Below, piece by piece: positions 8,897 through 17,400 of a DNA stretch of 64,000 nt. Below the pieces are notes generated by a model, which did not search any database, was not told where the DNA came from, and saw nothing but the letters and a program-made list of their open reading frames with translations. How positions within the stretch are numbered: the stretch's first letter is position 1; each line of letters starts with the position of its first letter. The stretch covers positions 1 to 64,000 of the IMG/VR virus record IMGVR_UViG_3300009514_000374; one strand, 5' to 3'. A program made the translations under genes and the position numbers. The DNA comes from a virus.

Positions 8897-8967
8897 AGGT
8901 CGCGGTCTGGGACCAGCGCGGACTCCAAATCTGCGCCTGCGGGGTTCGATTCCCCGGCGGCCTGCCA
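8897..8967 (+). tRNA. Non-canonical tRNA-Trp(CCA): minimal D-arm, 7-bp anticodon stem
   Basis: AGGTCGC|GGTC-TGG-GACC|A|GCGCGGA-CTCCAAA-TCTGCGC|CTG|CGGGG-TTCGATT-CCCCG|GCGGCCT-GCCA. Confidence 0.75.
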
Positions 8968-8972
8968 CTCGT

Positions 8973-9041
8973 CCAGGCTTGGGGGATGAGCGCTCATGGC
9001 CCCATCTTTAGCGAGATCCGGTTCGATTCCGGTAAGCCTGG
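8973..9041 (+). ncRNA. tRNA-like element with acceptor-like stem and T-arm but no recognisable anticodon arm
   Basis: CCAGGCTT/AAGCCTGG closing stem, CCGG-TTCGATT-CCGG T-arm, two internal hairpins. Confidence 0.45.
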
Positions 9042-9046
9042 TCCCT

Positions 9047-9123
9047 GGTCGGATAGCCAAGTCCGGTAAGGCGTCGGATTGCAACTCCGAAGATCGTCGG
9101 TTCGATTCCGACTCCGACCTCCA
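9047..9123 (+). tRNA. tRNA-Cys(GCA)
   Basis: TCGGA-TTGCAAC-TCCGA, TCCA end. Confidence 0.95.
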
Positions 9124-9133
9124 AGAAAGAGCC

Positions 9134-9439
9134 ATGAACCAAGACAACATCGTAGCGATGGACCGAGGCGAGCATCCGCCCGTTTTGTACGACGGGTGTA
9201 CGGTGTGGGCTTGCTATTGGGTCGATCGAGACGGGCGCACGCTTGAGATTTTCAACACAAGCCAGCAAGGCAAAGAGTCCTGCCTCGCGGTGGGGAATAG
9301 CGATCAGCACCTTGCCAATCTGCCCTATCGCTTTCCCATTAACGATGTGATCGATACCCTTCGGGCCGCCGGGTACGACGTGACCCGGCGCAAGCCCGGA
9401 AGCCAGGAGCCAATGCTCTCGCCGTTCAACGAACCATAA
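9134..9439 (+). CDS. Hypothetical protein
   Basis: ORF directly after tRNA-Cys. Confidence 0.55.
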   Translation: MNQDNIVAMDRGEHPPVLYDGCTVWACYWVDRDGRTLEIFNTSQQGKESCLAVGNSDQHLANLPYRFPINDVIDTLRAAGYDVTRRKPGSQEPMLSPFNEP

Positions 9440-9477
9440 CCTTGGGTGCCCACGGTGCCCGTCAAACGGAGGACACC

Positions 9478-9930
9478 ATGCAAGCACACAAGACCGTATT
9501 CGACACTCTCTCTACTGACACGCTCCCGAACAGAGATCGGGAGTGGTACCTGGCGAAGCGTGCTCGCAAGCTCGGACTGAGCAACGGCAAGGGACGCATC
9601 GCCAAGTTTCGGGAGATCGCCAAGCACAAGCCGGTGTCCACCGAGGACGTGATCAATGACCAGATGCCTCGTGTCTACGAGTCGGAATTCTGGTTCCACG
9701 TCTGGAACGTGCAGCCGGTTCTGTGTGTGTACTGCAACGTCTCGCTCAACCGGGACAACAAGACGCAGGACCACGTAATCCCGCGTGCGAGGGGTGGGTC
9801 GAAGCTCGGCAGGGAGAACCTGATGCCTGCGTGCCAATACTGCAATTGGGCCAAGGCCGATCTGAGTTTGTTGGAGTACCTGCTCCTGTCTGGGCCTAAC
9901 AGCCCGTGTGGGAGGAAATCCACGACCTGA
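9478..9930 (+). CDS. HNH endonuclease
   Basis: CVYC..TQDHVIPRARGG..NLMPACQYCNWAK. Confidence 0.9.
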   Translation: MQAHKTVFDTLSTDTLPNRDREWYLAKRARKLGLSNGKGRIAKFREIAKHKPVSTEDVINDQMPRVYESEFWFHVWNVQPVLCVYCNVSLNRDNKTQDHVIPRARGGSKLGRENLMPACQYCNWAKADLSLLEYLLLSGPNSPCGRKSTT

Positions 9931-9975
9931 CTCATTCACGACCCTCGATGGCGTAAGGCTGTCGAGGGTCGTTTT

Positions 9976-10308
9976 ATGCGGGATCGGGATACCGGCTCAG
10001 AATTGGATCAAATGCTCGCGGACCTGGAGGGCCAAAGCACCCTCCGGCCCGAAGGCTCACCGCCCTTGGCTGTGATCCGCGAAACCGTGTACTCGCTACC
10101 CTACGAGTACCATTTCGCCTTTGCCGAGGAACCTCGCGCTGCCGATGCCGAAATGATCCTCGTGTGGGCGGAGGGGGCCATGCTCGACAAGACCCTGATC
10201 GACGTTGTGGAGGACGGGATGCGGGTCAAAGCCGTCGTGATCCGATCGCTCCCCCGAACGCGGCCGACCAGCATCGTGATCCTGGCTCCGCTCCGACGCG
10301 AACTTTAG
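9976..10308 (+). CDS. Hypothetical protein
   Basis: ORF, coding-like. Confidence 0.55.
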   Translation: MRDRDTGSELDQMLADLEGQSTLRPEGSPPLAVIRETVYSLPYEYHFAFAEEPRAADAEMILVWAEGAMLDKTLIDVVEDGMRVKAVVIRSLPRTRPTSIVILAPLRREL

Positions 10309-10700
10309 TTCAGCTTGTCGTCGTCTTTGCGCTTGAGCAGGGCCAGCATCAGATCGAGGGTGCTCACTCGCTCGTCGGCCCACAAGGTTTCGTCGTGAAC
10401 GACCTTCGCGTGTGCGGGGTTGTTGTCGTCGTAGCTTTCGTCCTCGATCATCAACAACCGCTCAAGGTCCATGCGCCGTTCCTCGTACCAGTCCAACATG
10501 CGCTCTTGCTTTTGCGTGAACGGGACGCCGAACGCATCCATCGTTTCCTTCGCGTCACGGAGCGCCGAGATAGCAGCGGTGAGGCGTAGAATTTCTGCCT
10601 CAATGTCACTAACGTCACCCATCGAACGATCCAATTCTGACTCAGGATCGTAGACGGTGCTCGTTTGCGGATCATTTACGGCGCGTCGGGCGGCATCCAT
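10305..10700 (-). CDS. Hypothetical helical protein
   Basis: ORF, coding-like; start uncertain. Confidence 0.6.
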   Translation of the reverse strand: MDAARRAVNDPQTSTVYDPESELDRSMGDVSDIEAEILRLTAAISALRDAKETMDAFGVPFTQKQERMLDWYEERRMDLERLLMIEDESYDDNNPAHAKVVHDETLWADERVSTLDLMLALLKRKDDDKLN

Positions 10701-10933
10701 GAAAGGCGTTTGAGCCCACGTAGTTTCTTGACCGCGTACTCAATCCGTTGAGCTTCCCCACGCGACGTGTAAGGGCCATAGCGTGTGCCGACGTTCCAGG
10801 GTCTACCCCGGCGCGTTGCCTTGGCCCCGCCCTTGAGATGTCCGTTGTGCTGGCGGGTGCGGCGGCTTGTGTCTTTCGTGATGCCGACGTAGGTACGGCC
10901 CGTTTCGTTGACCAGGACGTAGACCCACCACAT
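10676..10933 (-). CDS. GIY-YIG nuclease (SLX1/UPF0213-like)
   Basis: VYVL..TYVGIT..RRTRQHNG..GGAKATR..RPW..EAQRIE. Confidence 0.92.
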   Translation of the reverse strand: MWWVYVLVNETGRTYVGITKDTSRRTRQHNGHLKGGAKATRRGRPWNVGTRYGPYTSRGEAQRIEYAVKKLRGLKRLSWMPPDAP

Positions 10934-11127
10934 GCGGAAACTTTACCCGAGGGGTTGCAAGGCCCGAGGGTGTCTGGTAGCTTCACGTCTCAATGTTTCT
11001 CCAACGACAACAGATTTGAGCGTCTAGGGTCCGCGCCCCCTAGATGCCGTACTACATGCGCATCGGGGAGCCGGAGGGAGAAGCTGTAGTCAACCCGCAC
11101 GGAGCCCCGTAGCGGGTTTTCTCGTAT

Positions 11128-11203
11128 TGGGGTGTAGCTCAACTGGCAGAGCGGTGGGTTCTGGTCCCGCAGGTTGAGGGTTCGATCCCTTCCACCCCAT
11201 CCA
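11128..11203 (+). tRNA. tRNA-Gln(CTG)
   Basis: GTGGG-TTCTGGT-CCCGC, U1:A72, CCA. Confidence 0.93.
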
Positions 11204-11344
11204 AGCAACGGTGAAGCTCCCGGCTAGCAGGGAGTCGAGTCGTACCACGGCGGGCAACCACCCGACCGAATGGGAGAGCAGCGTCATGGGGTTAACACCG
11301 TGGCGGATGTGGCCGGACCCACTACCTCGCAGGTCCGGGCTTTT

Positions 11345-11419
11345 TGGGGAGTAGGCAAGTGGTAAGCCAGCGGTTTTTGGTACCGCCATGCGTGGGTTCG
11401 ATCCCCACCTCCCCATCCA
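11345..11419 (+). tRNA. tRNA-Gln(TTG)
   Basis: GCGGT-TTTTGGT-ACCGC, U1:A72, CCA. Confidence 0.93.
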
Positions 11420-11433
11420 AACTCGCTACACCT

Positions 11434-11501
11434 TGGGGTGTTGCTGGTGCTGGCGTTGGGCTTTGAACCCGACAGGAAGGGTTCGATCCCCTTCACCCCA
11501 T
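11434..11501 (+). tRNA. Non-canonical tRNA with TTG anticodon (Gln): short D-arm, 6-bp anticodon stem
   Basis: TGGGGTG|TT|GCTG-GTGC-TGGC|GTTGGG-CTTTGAA-CCCGAC|AGG|AAGGG-TTCGATC-CCCTT|CACCCCA-T; no CCA. Confidence 0.7.
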
Positions 11502-11729
11502 CTGAATGTCAGCCGGAGCGCGGTGCGGCCATCGTGCTGGATCCGAGTCCGGTATCGGCTCGCGCTGCGTTGTCCCATAGCCCCGGCAGTACGGGCACGG
11601 GAGTCGTATGTAGCCCGCCTCCAGGTAGAGCCACCAGAACGGAAAGGGCTGTGGAGGCGGCTTTTTGGCCCACGCGAATCGCTGGCCGCTCCCGCGACAG
11701 TGGATGCAGCGTTTGGGGATCGTGACCAC
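11493..11729 (-). CDS. Small CxxCxGxG zinc-finger protein
   Basis: CIHCRGSG and CPYCRGYG (DnaJ-type repeats); start uncertain. Confidence 0.55.
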   Translation of the reverse strand: MVTIPKRCIHCRGSGQRFAWAKKPPPQPFPFWWLYLEAGYIRLPCPYCRGYGTTQREPIPDSDPARWPHRAPADIQMG

Positions 11730-11731
11730 GC

Positions 11732-12115
11732 TCAGACATCTTCGACGCTCTCGGCGCCTGGGTTGATCGACCTGATCGACACTCCACGTTCGGAGAACGC
11801 TTCGTAGAAGCCTGCGTACTCGGCCTCCCACACGTCGTCGTGCTCGTGGTCAGGCCCCACGGCAACGTGGGCAAGCTCGTGGGCGAGGATGTCCACCGTG
11901 CCCTGCACACCACGGTCGAGCGTGCCATCGACGGTGATGATCGCAGGAGAGCCCTTCTCGTCCTCGGGGCCAGGGAAACTCGTGCAGCCGAGCCCACCGC
12001 TGATGCTCAACGGTTCCTCGTCGGGCGTGCCGAATTGGATCCGCACGTTGATCTTAGGATGCTTCTCGATGAAGATCTGGAGCAGCGTGTCGAACGGGTC
12101 GGCGAATTCAATCAC
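11732..12115 (-). CDS. Zinc metallopeptidase-like (HExxH) protein
   Basis: ILAHELAHVAVG..HDDVW; start uncertain. Confidence 0.7.
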   Translation of the reverse strand: MIEFADPFDTLLQIFIEKHPKINVRIQFGTPDEEPLSISGGLGCTSFPGPEDEKGSPAIITVDGTLDRGVQGTVDILAHELAHVAVGPDHEHDDVWEAEYAGFYEAFSERGVSIRSINPGAESVEDV

Positions 12116-12147
12116 GTCCGATTGTACCCCTATAGCCCGTCCTCGAT

Positions 12148-12918
12148 GTGAGAACGGCTGCACAGCGCGTGGCGAGACGGTATCGCGCCCGGAGAGAGCC
12201 GCACCTTGATTATTGGGGCCTGGACAAGCTCGTAGAGGGGGAGCCCACGGTCCTGTACCACGGCACCACCCGAATGTTCCGCAGGTTCGACCTCGGCGAA
12301 TCCCGAACGAGCCTGGTCGATCAATTCTACGGTGCGGGGATTTTCCTGACGCCGAAGAAAGAGGTCGCGGGGCGCTACGCCGACGCCAATCGGAACATCG
12401 GCTTCCCTCCCGAAATTCTCGATGATCTGAAACGGGCTAACCCGGATGCCGGGGCTTTCGCTCAAGCCCTCTATCGAAAAGGCCCCGCCGCGTGGGATGA
12501 ATTCGCGGTCGAGCAAGACGACGGAGGAATACGAGTGGACGAGGCTCAGGTTGACGGACTCGATCCTAATGAGATCGGCGACATGGTTGACTACGTGATC
12601 GGAAGCAAGACCAAGCCGGTCGGTTCGGACTCTGGCCCGCTCGCGCTGTTCAGCCAACAAACGGGCCTGCCATCGTACCTGTACGACTTGCTCGACACGC
12701 TCGGGCTCAACTCGTTCAAGTACCGTCCGAAGGTCTACAAGGTCAGGGTGAAGGTGGAGCGGCCGTTGGTAACAGACTCACGAACCGAGGCGAAGCAGGC
12801 TCGCTCCAAGGGTTACGACAGCGTAGTCTACTACGGCCGTGGGCTCGTGAACGACGTGCCGGAGGTCGCCGTGTTCGACCCCCGGAAGGTGTCCATCCTC
12901 GGCGTCGAGGCGTGGTAG
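12148..12918 (+). CDS. ADP-ribosyltransferase-like (ART-PolyVal-like) protein with N-terminal RVARRY tag
   Basis: LYHGT..FRRFD..YGAGIFLT..A..YA..GYDSVVY..EVAVFDP. Confidence 0.75.
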   Translation: MRTAAQRVARRYRARREPHLDYWGLDKLVEGEPTVLYHGTTRMFRRFDLGESRTSLVDQFYGAGIFLTPKKEVAGRYADANRNIGFPPEILDDLKRANPDAGAFAQALYRKGPAAWDEFAVEQDDGGIRVDEAQVDGLDPNEIGDMVDYVIGSKTKPVGSDSGPLALFSQQTGLPSYLYDLLDTLGLNSFKYRPKVYKVRVKVERPLVTDSRTEAKQARSKGYDSVVYYGRGLVNDVPEVAVFDPRKVSILGVEAW

Positions 12919-13260
12919 TCAGAACTTGACGGTGTACTCGCCGCGCGTCGTGGGCGGAGAGTCCTGGCCGCCCATTTCGCCAAACGAGCCCGCGTGGTAC
13001 TCACCGCCGAATTCGATCACACAAGGCGCGCCGGGACCTGCGGAGGCGAACACCCGTCGCAGGAAATCGAAATCCTTGGACGAGCACACGTTGGCACGGG
13101 GCTGCTCGCAAACCACCGTGGTGTGGACCTCGACGCGGGCGCCCTTCTCGTCGTCCACGAGTCGGACAGTCACCTTGGTCGTGTTGTTCTTGGACGCCAG
13201 CTTCTCTCCAAAATACTGGCGAATTTCGGCTTTGATTTTCTCGGGAATTCCGTAGCTCAT
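12919..13260 (-). CDS. Hypothetical protein
   Basis: ORF in overlapping minus-strand run. Confidence 0.6.
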   Translation of the reverse strand: MSYGIPEKIKAEIRQYFGEKLASKNNTTKVTVRLVDDEKGARVEVHTTVVCEQPRANVCSSKDFDFLRRVFASAGPGAPCVIEFGGEYHAGSFGEMGGQDSPPTTRGEYTVKF

Positions 13261-13691
13261 GCCTGACTAACGACGGGCTCGGCCTTGGCGAAACCACCAT
13301 CGAGGTCGAAGCCGACGTAGGGCACCCCGCCAGGGAACACAGCCCACATCTCGCGTGGCATGAGCCACTTGCCCTGCTTGGTCGCAATCGCCAGGACGCA
13401 CAGAAGCTCCATGATCCTGTGCAGCCCGGTCCACTGGTTCCCGTGCTTGTCGTTGCACAGGTTCAGGAACGACCAGCCGCCACCCTTGCTCATGTGGAAT
13501 TCGTCTCCGATCTCGCGGAGCCATTCGGTGATCTCGGCTTTGTGCTCGGTGACACGGCCGGGGTGCAGGCCCCACTTGCTCGTGATGCCGTCGATCACCA
13601 TCGCGTCGCCGGGTAGTTGATCCCCGACAAGCTCGTGGTCCTCGTAGAGACAGGTCTTGAAAACGGCTTCGACGTGGTTGGGGTCAATCAT
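13257..13691 (-). CDS. Hypothetical phage protein
   Basis: GGGWSFLNLCND..GNQWTG..PGGVPY, aromatic/Gly-rich conserved-looking motif. Confidence 0.75.
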   Translation of the reverse strand: MIDPNHVEAVFKTCLYEDHELVGDQLPGDAMVIDGITSKWGLHPGRVTEHKAEITEWLREIGDEFHMSKGGGWSFLNLCNDKHGNQWTGLHRIMELLCVLAIATKQGKWLMPREMWAVFPGGVPYVGFDLDGGFAKAEPVVSQA

Positions 13692-13699
13692 GGGTGCCC

Positions 13700-14347
13700 T
13701 CAGAATGCGTAGTTTTTGTGAGGCTTGCGGACGCGGATCAGCCACGCCTCGTTGTTGTTCTCGGTGACGCCAGGCACGAGCTTGCCTCCCGGATCCTTGA
13801 GGACCAGGCCCTCGATCTCGTCCAGATCCAGTAGCTCCTGAAAGTGACCGCTGAAATTCTCGCGGAACGTCTCGGCGAACCAGACATTCTCGTTCACCCG
13901 AAACGCGAGCTTGCGGCCTGTTTCCTGCTCGTACTCGTTCGGTTCACTCAACGTGAAATCGAGCATGTCGAGCCGGTTGCCGTAGGTGGTCCCAACGAGA
14001 TACTTGCTGTCGTGAACGAGCAGGTCAAACAGCACGAGCCGGTCTTTCACGCCGCGCGTCTTGTTGTTCAGAAGCTCGCCGTCGAGGACGTGCCAGGAGC
14101 CACGATCCAGCGGCAGAGCTTGTAGGGACGCGCGCATATCCGCCGTGATCTTGTACGCCTTGTGTTCGGCCCTGTGGCGCGTGCGAAGGTGAACGGCGCC
14201 CTCGGGATCGATCAAGACGACCGTGCGGGTGCCGTTGAATTTCCGCTGCGCAACCCAACCAGGGTAGTCCCCAACTTGCTCGGGCTGGATCGAGCCCGAG
14301 GGGCGAGGCGGGAACATGACGAACATTTTGTTGTAGGGGATGGGCAT
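13700..14347 (-). CDS. ATP-dependent ligase-type nucleotidyltransferase, adenylation domain only
   Basis: Motif I QRKFNGTR, III LDGEL, IIIa LFDLL, IV EGLVLK; ends without OB domain. Confidence 0.85.
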   Translation of the reverse strand: MPIPYNKMFVMFPPRPSGSIQPEQVGDYPGWVAQRKFNGTRTVVLIDPEGAVHLRTRHRAEHKAYKITADMRASLQALPLDRGSWHVLDGELLNNKTRGVKDRLVLFDLLVHDSKYLVGTTYGNRLDMLDFTLSEPNEYEQETGRKLAFRVNENVWFAETFRENFSGHFQELLDLDEIEGLVLKDPGGKLVPGVTENNNEAWLIRVRKPHKNYAF

Positions 14348-14357
14348 GGCGGGCTGC

Positions 14358-15719
14358 TTACTGTGCTCGGAAGGCTACCTTCCAACCGTTGCGGGTGAGA
14401 AGGTTCAGGAGCGCACTTACGTCGCCCTCAATCTGATCGAGGTCGAGAGTGACGTGGCCGCCCATGGATGGTGCGGCAGCCGGCACTGTTGGCGTGGACT
14501 GTGGGGGAGGCGAAGCGGCCGGAGCGGGAGCCGGACGGGGTACGGGAGCCGGACGGGGTACGGGAGCCGGACGTGATACGGGAGCCGGAGAGGTTGTCCT
14601 GTGGCGCCACACCGTTCGCCGCCCGCCACCGTCCATGGTGACCCGATGATCGTGGAACCCGTTGTCTTTCAGCAAGCCTGTCACACTGGAGAGCCAGTGC
14701 CGACTCAACGCGCCCCAATTGACCTTGCCATCGGCGCGGTATGGGACCTCCATGCCGAGATCAGAGAGCATCTGCTCCAATGCGAATTCAGCGTGGGTTT
14801 GGAGGTACCCAAGGATCGCTTCGGGGGACGGTCGCTGGTCACGGAGGCGTGATGCGGCCGGAGTTGCGGTTGGGGTAGCGGCCGGAACCCCGGCGCTCGG
14901 CTCGGGGGTGGGGTCGAACAGGTAGCTCACGTCCACCTGGAGCGCGTGCGCCACCTTGCACAAGATCGGGAAACCGATCTGGCCCCGCTTGCTTGGGTCG
15001 TCGCGGACGCTTCGCATCGAGCTTGAGCCCTTTACGAGCGTGGAGATCCGGGCCTGCGAACAACCGGCGGCATCGGCAAGATCTGAATGGGTCCAACCTC
15101 GCTCGGAGCGTAGCCGATCGATCGTGCTCGCCATGTATGGCGTGATCTCGATCAGGCGGCCTCGCGTGGTGCGAGCGGTCGGGGCAGGAATGGGTGTGAT
15201 GGGCATGGCGACCTCGGGCTTGGGCTCAGGGGTCACAGCAGCGTCGAGCATGGCAATCACGGGCGGCTCAGGCGGCTGTGGGGGAGGCGGAGCGTAAGCG
15301 GGGGGCGTTGGAGCCTTGGGCACTTGTATGGGCTCAGGTTCGGGCTCAGGCGGCGTGGCGTTGAGGTCCAGGCCGAGCGTCTGTTGGAGGGCGATGGCAC
15401 AGGCGGTTGGGCGTCCCTTGATCGCCCGAATGTAGGGGATGCCTGCGGCCTTGGCCGCATCGCGGAGATCGGTGTCCACGTCACGGCTCAGGAAATGGTT
15501 GGCGGCGATCACAAGGTCGTATTTGTCGGCCTTGACGCGCACCGTGGTTTTGCCTTTCAGCACCGTGTACCAAGAGATCCGCAGACCAAGCTGCTTCTCG
15601 ACCTTACGCTTCACAGCATGGTCGTCCCGGTTGCACACGTACAAGGCCGACATCCCTTCGACCCAAGGCTTCACGCGCTCGATAATGTCTGCGGGGATGT
15701 CGGTCATGCTGTCCACCAT
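14358..15719 (-). CDS. XRE-type HTH protein with Pro-rich linkers
   Basis: LRSERGWTHSDLADAAGCSQARISTL..KVAHALQVDVSYLF; N-terminal DUF2325-like region. Confidence 0.75.
   Translation of the reverse strand: MVDSMTDIPADIIERVKPWVEGMSALYVCNRDDHAVKRKVEKQLGLRISWYTVLKGKTTVRVKADKYDLVIAANHFLSRDVDTDLRDAAKAAGIPYIRAIKGRPTACAIALQQTLGLDLNATPPEPEPEPIQVPKAPTPPAYAPPPPQPPEPPVIAMLDAAVTPEPKPEVAMPITPIPAPTARTTRGRLIEITPYMASTIDRLRSERGWTHSDLADAAGCSQARISTLVKGSSSMRSVRDDPSKRGQIGFPILCKVAHALQVDVSYLFDPTPEPSAGVPAATPTATPAASRLRDQRPSPEAILGYLQTHAEFALEQMLSDLGMEVPYRADGKVNWGALSRHWLSSVTGLLKDNGFHDHRVTMDGGGRRTVWRHRTTSPAPVSRPAPVPRPAPVPRPAPAPAASPPPQSTPTVPAAAPSMGGHVTLDLDQIEGDVSALLNLLTRNGWKVAFRAQ
14518..14590. repeat. 18-nt tandem repeat encoding PAPVPR
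   Basis: GGGAGCCGGACGGGGTAC units. Confidence 0.85.
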
Positions 15720-15922
15720 TCGCTATCGACGGCCTCGCACAGTTTCCCGATCGCTTCGCCGTCGCTGTAGCCGATTGCGGTTTCGTAGAGCGTGCCGCCG
15801 TCACCGAGATCGGCTTGAGCCTTGATCTCCACTACACCACGGCCCGTGTCAGTTTCGACCAGATCGAACCATCGAAGGTCGAGGCTGATTTCGTTCCAGG
15901 TGAATGTAGCGGGACGTGGCAT
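15704..15922 (-). CDS. Hypothetical protein
   Basis: ORF in minus-strand run. Confidence 0.55.
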   Translation of the reverse strand: MPRPATFTWNEISLDLRWFDLVETDTGRGVVEIKAQADLGDGGTLYETAIGYSDGEAIGKLCEAVDSEWWTA

Positions 15923-15933
15923 GGCAAGGTGAG

Positions 15934-15961
15934 AGCCGAGCCGGGCTTCCCCGGCTCGGCT
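15934..15961. terminator. Perfect 12-bp intergenic hairpin
   Basis: AGCCGAGCCGGG-CTTC-CCCGGCTCGGCT; no U-tract. Confidence 0.55.
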
Positions 15962-15969
15962 GGTGAGGG

Positions 15970-16788
15970 CTACTTGGCGTCGAGCTTCGCCTGCATGACA
16001 AGCTCAAAGCACTCGGTCGAGGTCTTGTCGATCTCCGGTCCCTTGATCTGATCGACGGCGCCGAGCGTGTCGATCACGGTGACGAGCTTCGCCACCAGAT
16101 CCTCGCCGTCTTGCAGCGAGTCGTTGACCATGTTCGGCAGGGCCTCCAAGATGCCATCCTTGACCGAAACCTCCGGCTTGAAAATCTGACCGACGTGCTC
16201 GGGGTGAGCCGAGGACACGTCCACCTTCTCGATTTTCTTGCCACAGTCGGCGCAGAAATTGGCGCTGGCGGCTTGCGTCGCGTTGCACTTGGGGCAGACC
16301 TTTTCGCCGGCCACCATGCCCTTGATCGCACCCGTCAGCTTCTCCATGTAGCCGAGGGCCGCGATGGCGGACATATCGATCTTGATCCCGCTCGTCTCCA
16401 CGAACGAGGCAATATCGACGCCGAGCATCGACAGCGCCTCTTGCTTCTCGGCGCTCAGGTGGATGCGCTTGGTCTGGATGTATCCAAACCTGCCGTCGTT
16501 TCCGGTGATGTGGAACATCGACGGCTTGGTGCCGGTCGAGGTGAATCGCTCCGCCCACGTCTCACGGGCGAACCGCTTGACGCGGCCCTCGGCGGTCTTG
16601 ATCTTTTTCTCGATCGTCTTTTGGAAGGTCCGGCCGGCGACCATGACATCGACGGCGGCTTTGAGATCATCCGGGGCTTCGACCTCGGGACGGATCTTGG
16701 TGCTGCCTTTGGCCTTGGCCTTGGGGGCTGCGTTCCCGCCGAAAAGAGCATCGACGGCTTGATCTGAGCTTCTAGGATCGTGAGGCAT
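15970..16788 (-). CDS. Hypothetical protein with inserted zinc ribbon
   Basis: CPKC..FCADCG; AGGAG RBS. Confidence 0.75.
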   Translation of the reverse strand: MPHDPRSSDQAVDALFGGNAAPKAKAKGSTKIRPEVEAPDDLKAAVDVMVAGRTFQKTIEKKIKTAEGRVKRFARETWAERFTSTGTKPSMFHITGNDGRFGYIQTKRIHLSAEKQEALSMLGVDIASFVETSGIKIDMSAIAALGYMEKLTGAIKGMVAGEKVCPKCNATQAASANFCADCGKKIEKVDVSSAHPEHVGQIFKPEVSVKDGILEALPNMVNDSLQDGEDLVAKLVTVIDTLGAVDQIKGPEIDKTSTECFELVMQAKLDAK

Positions 16789-16816
16789 TTCTGTTCTCCT
16801 GGTTGGTCTGTCTCGT

Positions 16817-16845
16817 CTAACGACGACGGATCGGGGACCGAAACC
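16817..16845 (-). promoter_or_regulatory. GGTTTC-N17-CGT motif (putative alternative-sigma promoter)
   Basis: GGTTTC-ggtccccgatccgtcgt-CGTTAG upstream of 16788. Confidence 0.75.
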
Positions 16846-16889
16846 GGCCCAAGTGTCTTACGCCAAATGGCGATGGTTTTGAGGTACGC

Positions 16890-16919
16890 AAAAGCCCGCC
16901 CTGCGGAGCAGGACGGGCG
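16890..16919 (-). terminator. Rho-independent terminator
   Basis: GCCCGTCCTGC-TCC-GCAGGGCGGGC followed by TTTT on minus strand. Confidence 0.6.
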
Positions 16920-16927
16920 GGAAGGGT

Positions 16928-17209
16928 CTAGCCCGCGATGGGGGTGACGGCCGCCTCGATGGCGAGGTAGCTCTCGCCGCGAACCGCAAGGCCGAGGCTG
17001 GTCAGGTGCTTGCAGGTCTTGCCGCGAGCGGAGTCCTTCTTGCCGTAGATGTAGCCACGGCAGGAGCAGCCCCAATACCGGCCCGACTTGTGCTGAGCGA
17101 TGCGGTACACGCTGTTGCTGGACGAGGACCGAATCTCAAATCGGTTGGTCCACTGAGCGTTGTCGGGCAGGAGAGCGGAAGCGGGGATGGAAAGGGTCTT
17201 GGTTGCCAT
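16928..17209 (-). CDS. SWIM zinc-finger protein
   Basis: WGCSCRGY..TCKH. Confidence 0.8.
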   Translation of the reverse strand: MATKTLSIPASALLPDNAQWTNRFEIRSSSSNSVYRIAQHKSGRYWGCSCRGYIYGKKDSARGKTCKHLTSLGLAVRGESYLAIEAAVTPIAG

Positions 17210-17229
17210 GTGTTTGTTCCTCCATGCCC

Positions 17230-17258
17230 CTAACGATGCCCTGATCGGATCCGAAACC
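17230..17258 (-). promoter_or_regulatory. GGTTTC-N17-CGT motif
   Basis: GGTTTC-ggatccgatcagggcat-CGTTAG upstream of 17209. Confidence 0.75.
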
Positions 17259-17400
17259 TACAGGATCGAATTCCTCGATCCAAGGTTCTGGAATCGCGGG
17301 CTATGCGCGTCCCTCAGAGGCCACAGGCCGGCTCTCAGAGGCTCGGGCTCGACAAGGCCCGCCTGGAGCCCGAGAGCCTGACAAGGGCTCCAGGTCGCCG

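Noticed and set aside
7177-9150. ORF-track calls across the tRNA arrays
   Set aside because: They are translations of tRNA genes; only 8581-8787 and 9134-9439 were kept.
11204-11345. HDV-like (theta) ribozyme after tRNA-Gln
   Set aside because: Could not form P1/P1.1/P3 in the required order; kept only as an unassigned structured spacer.
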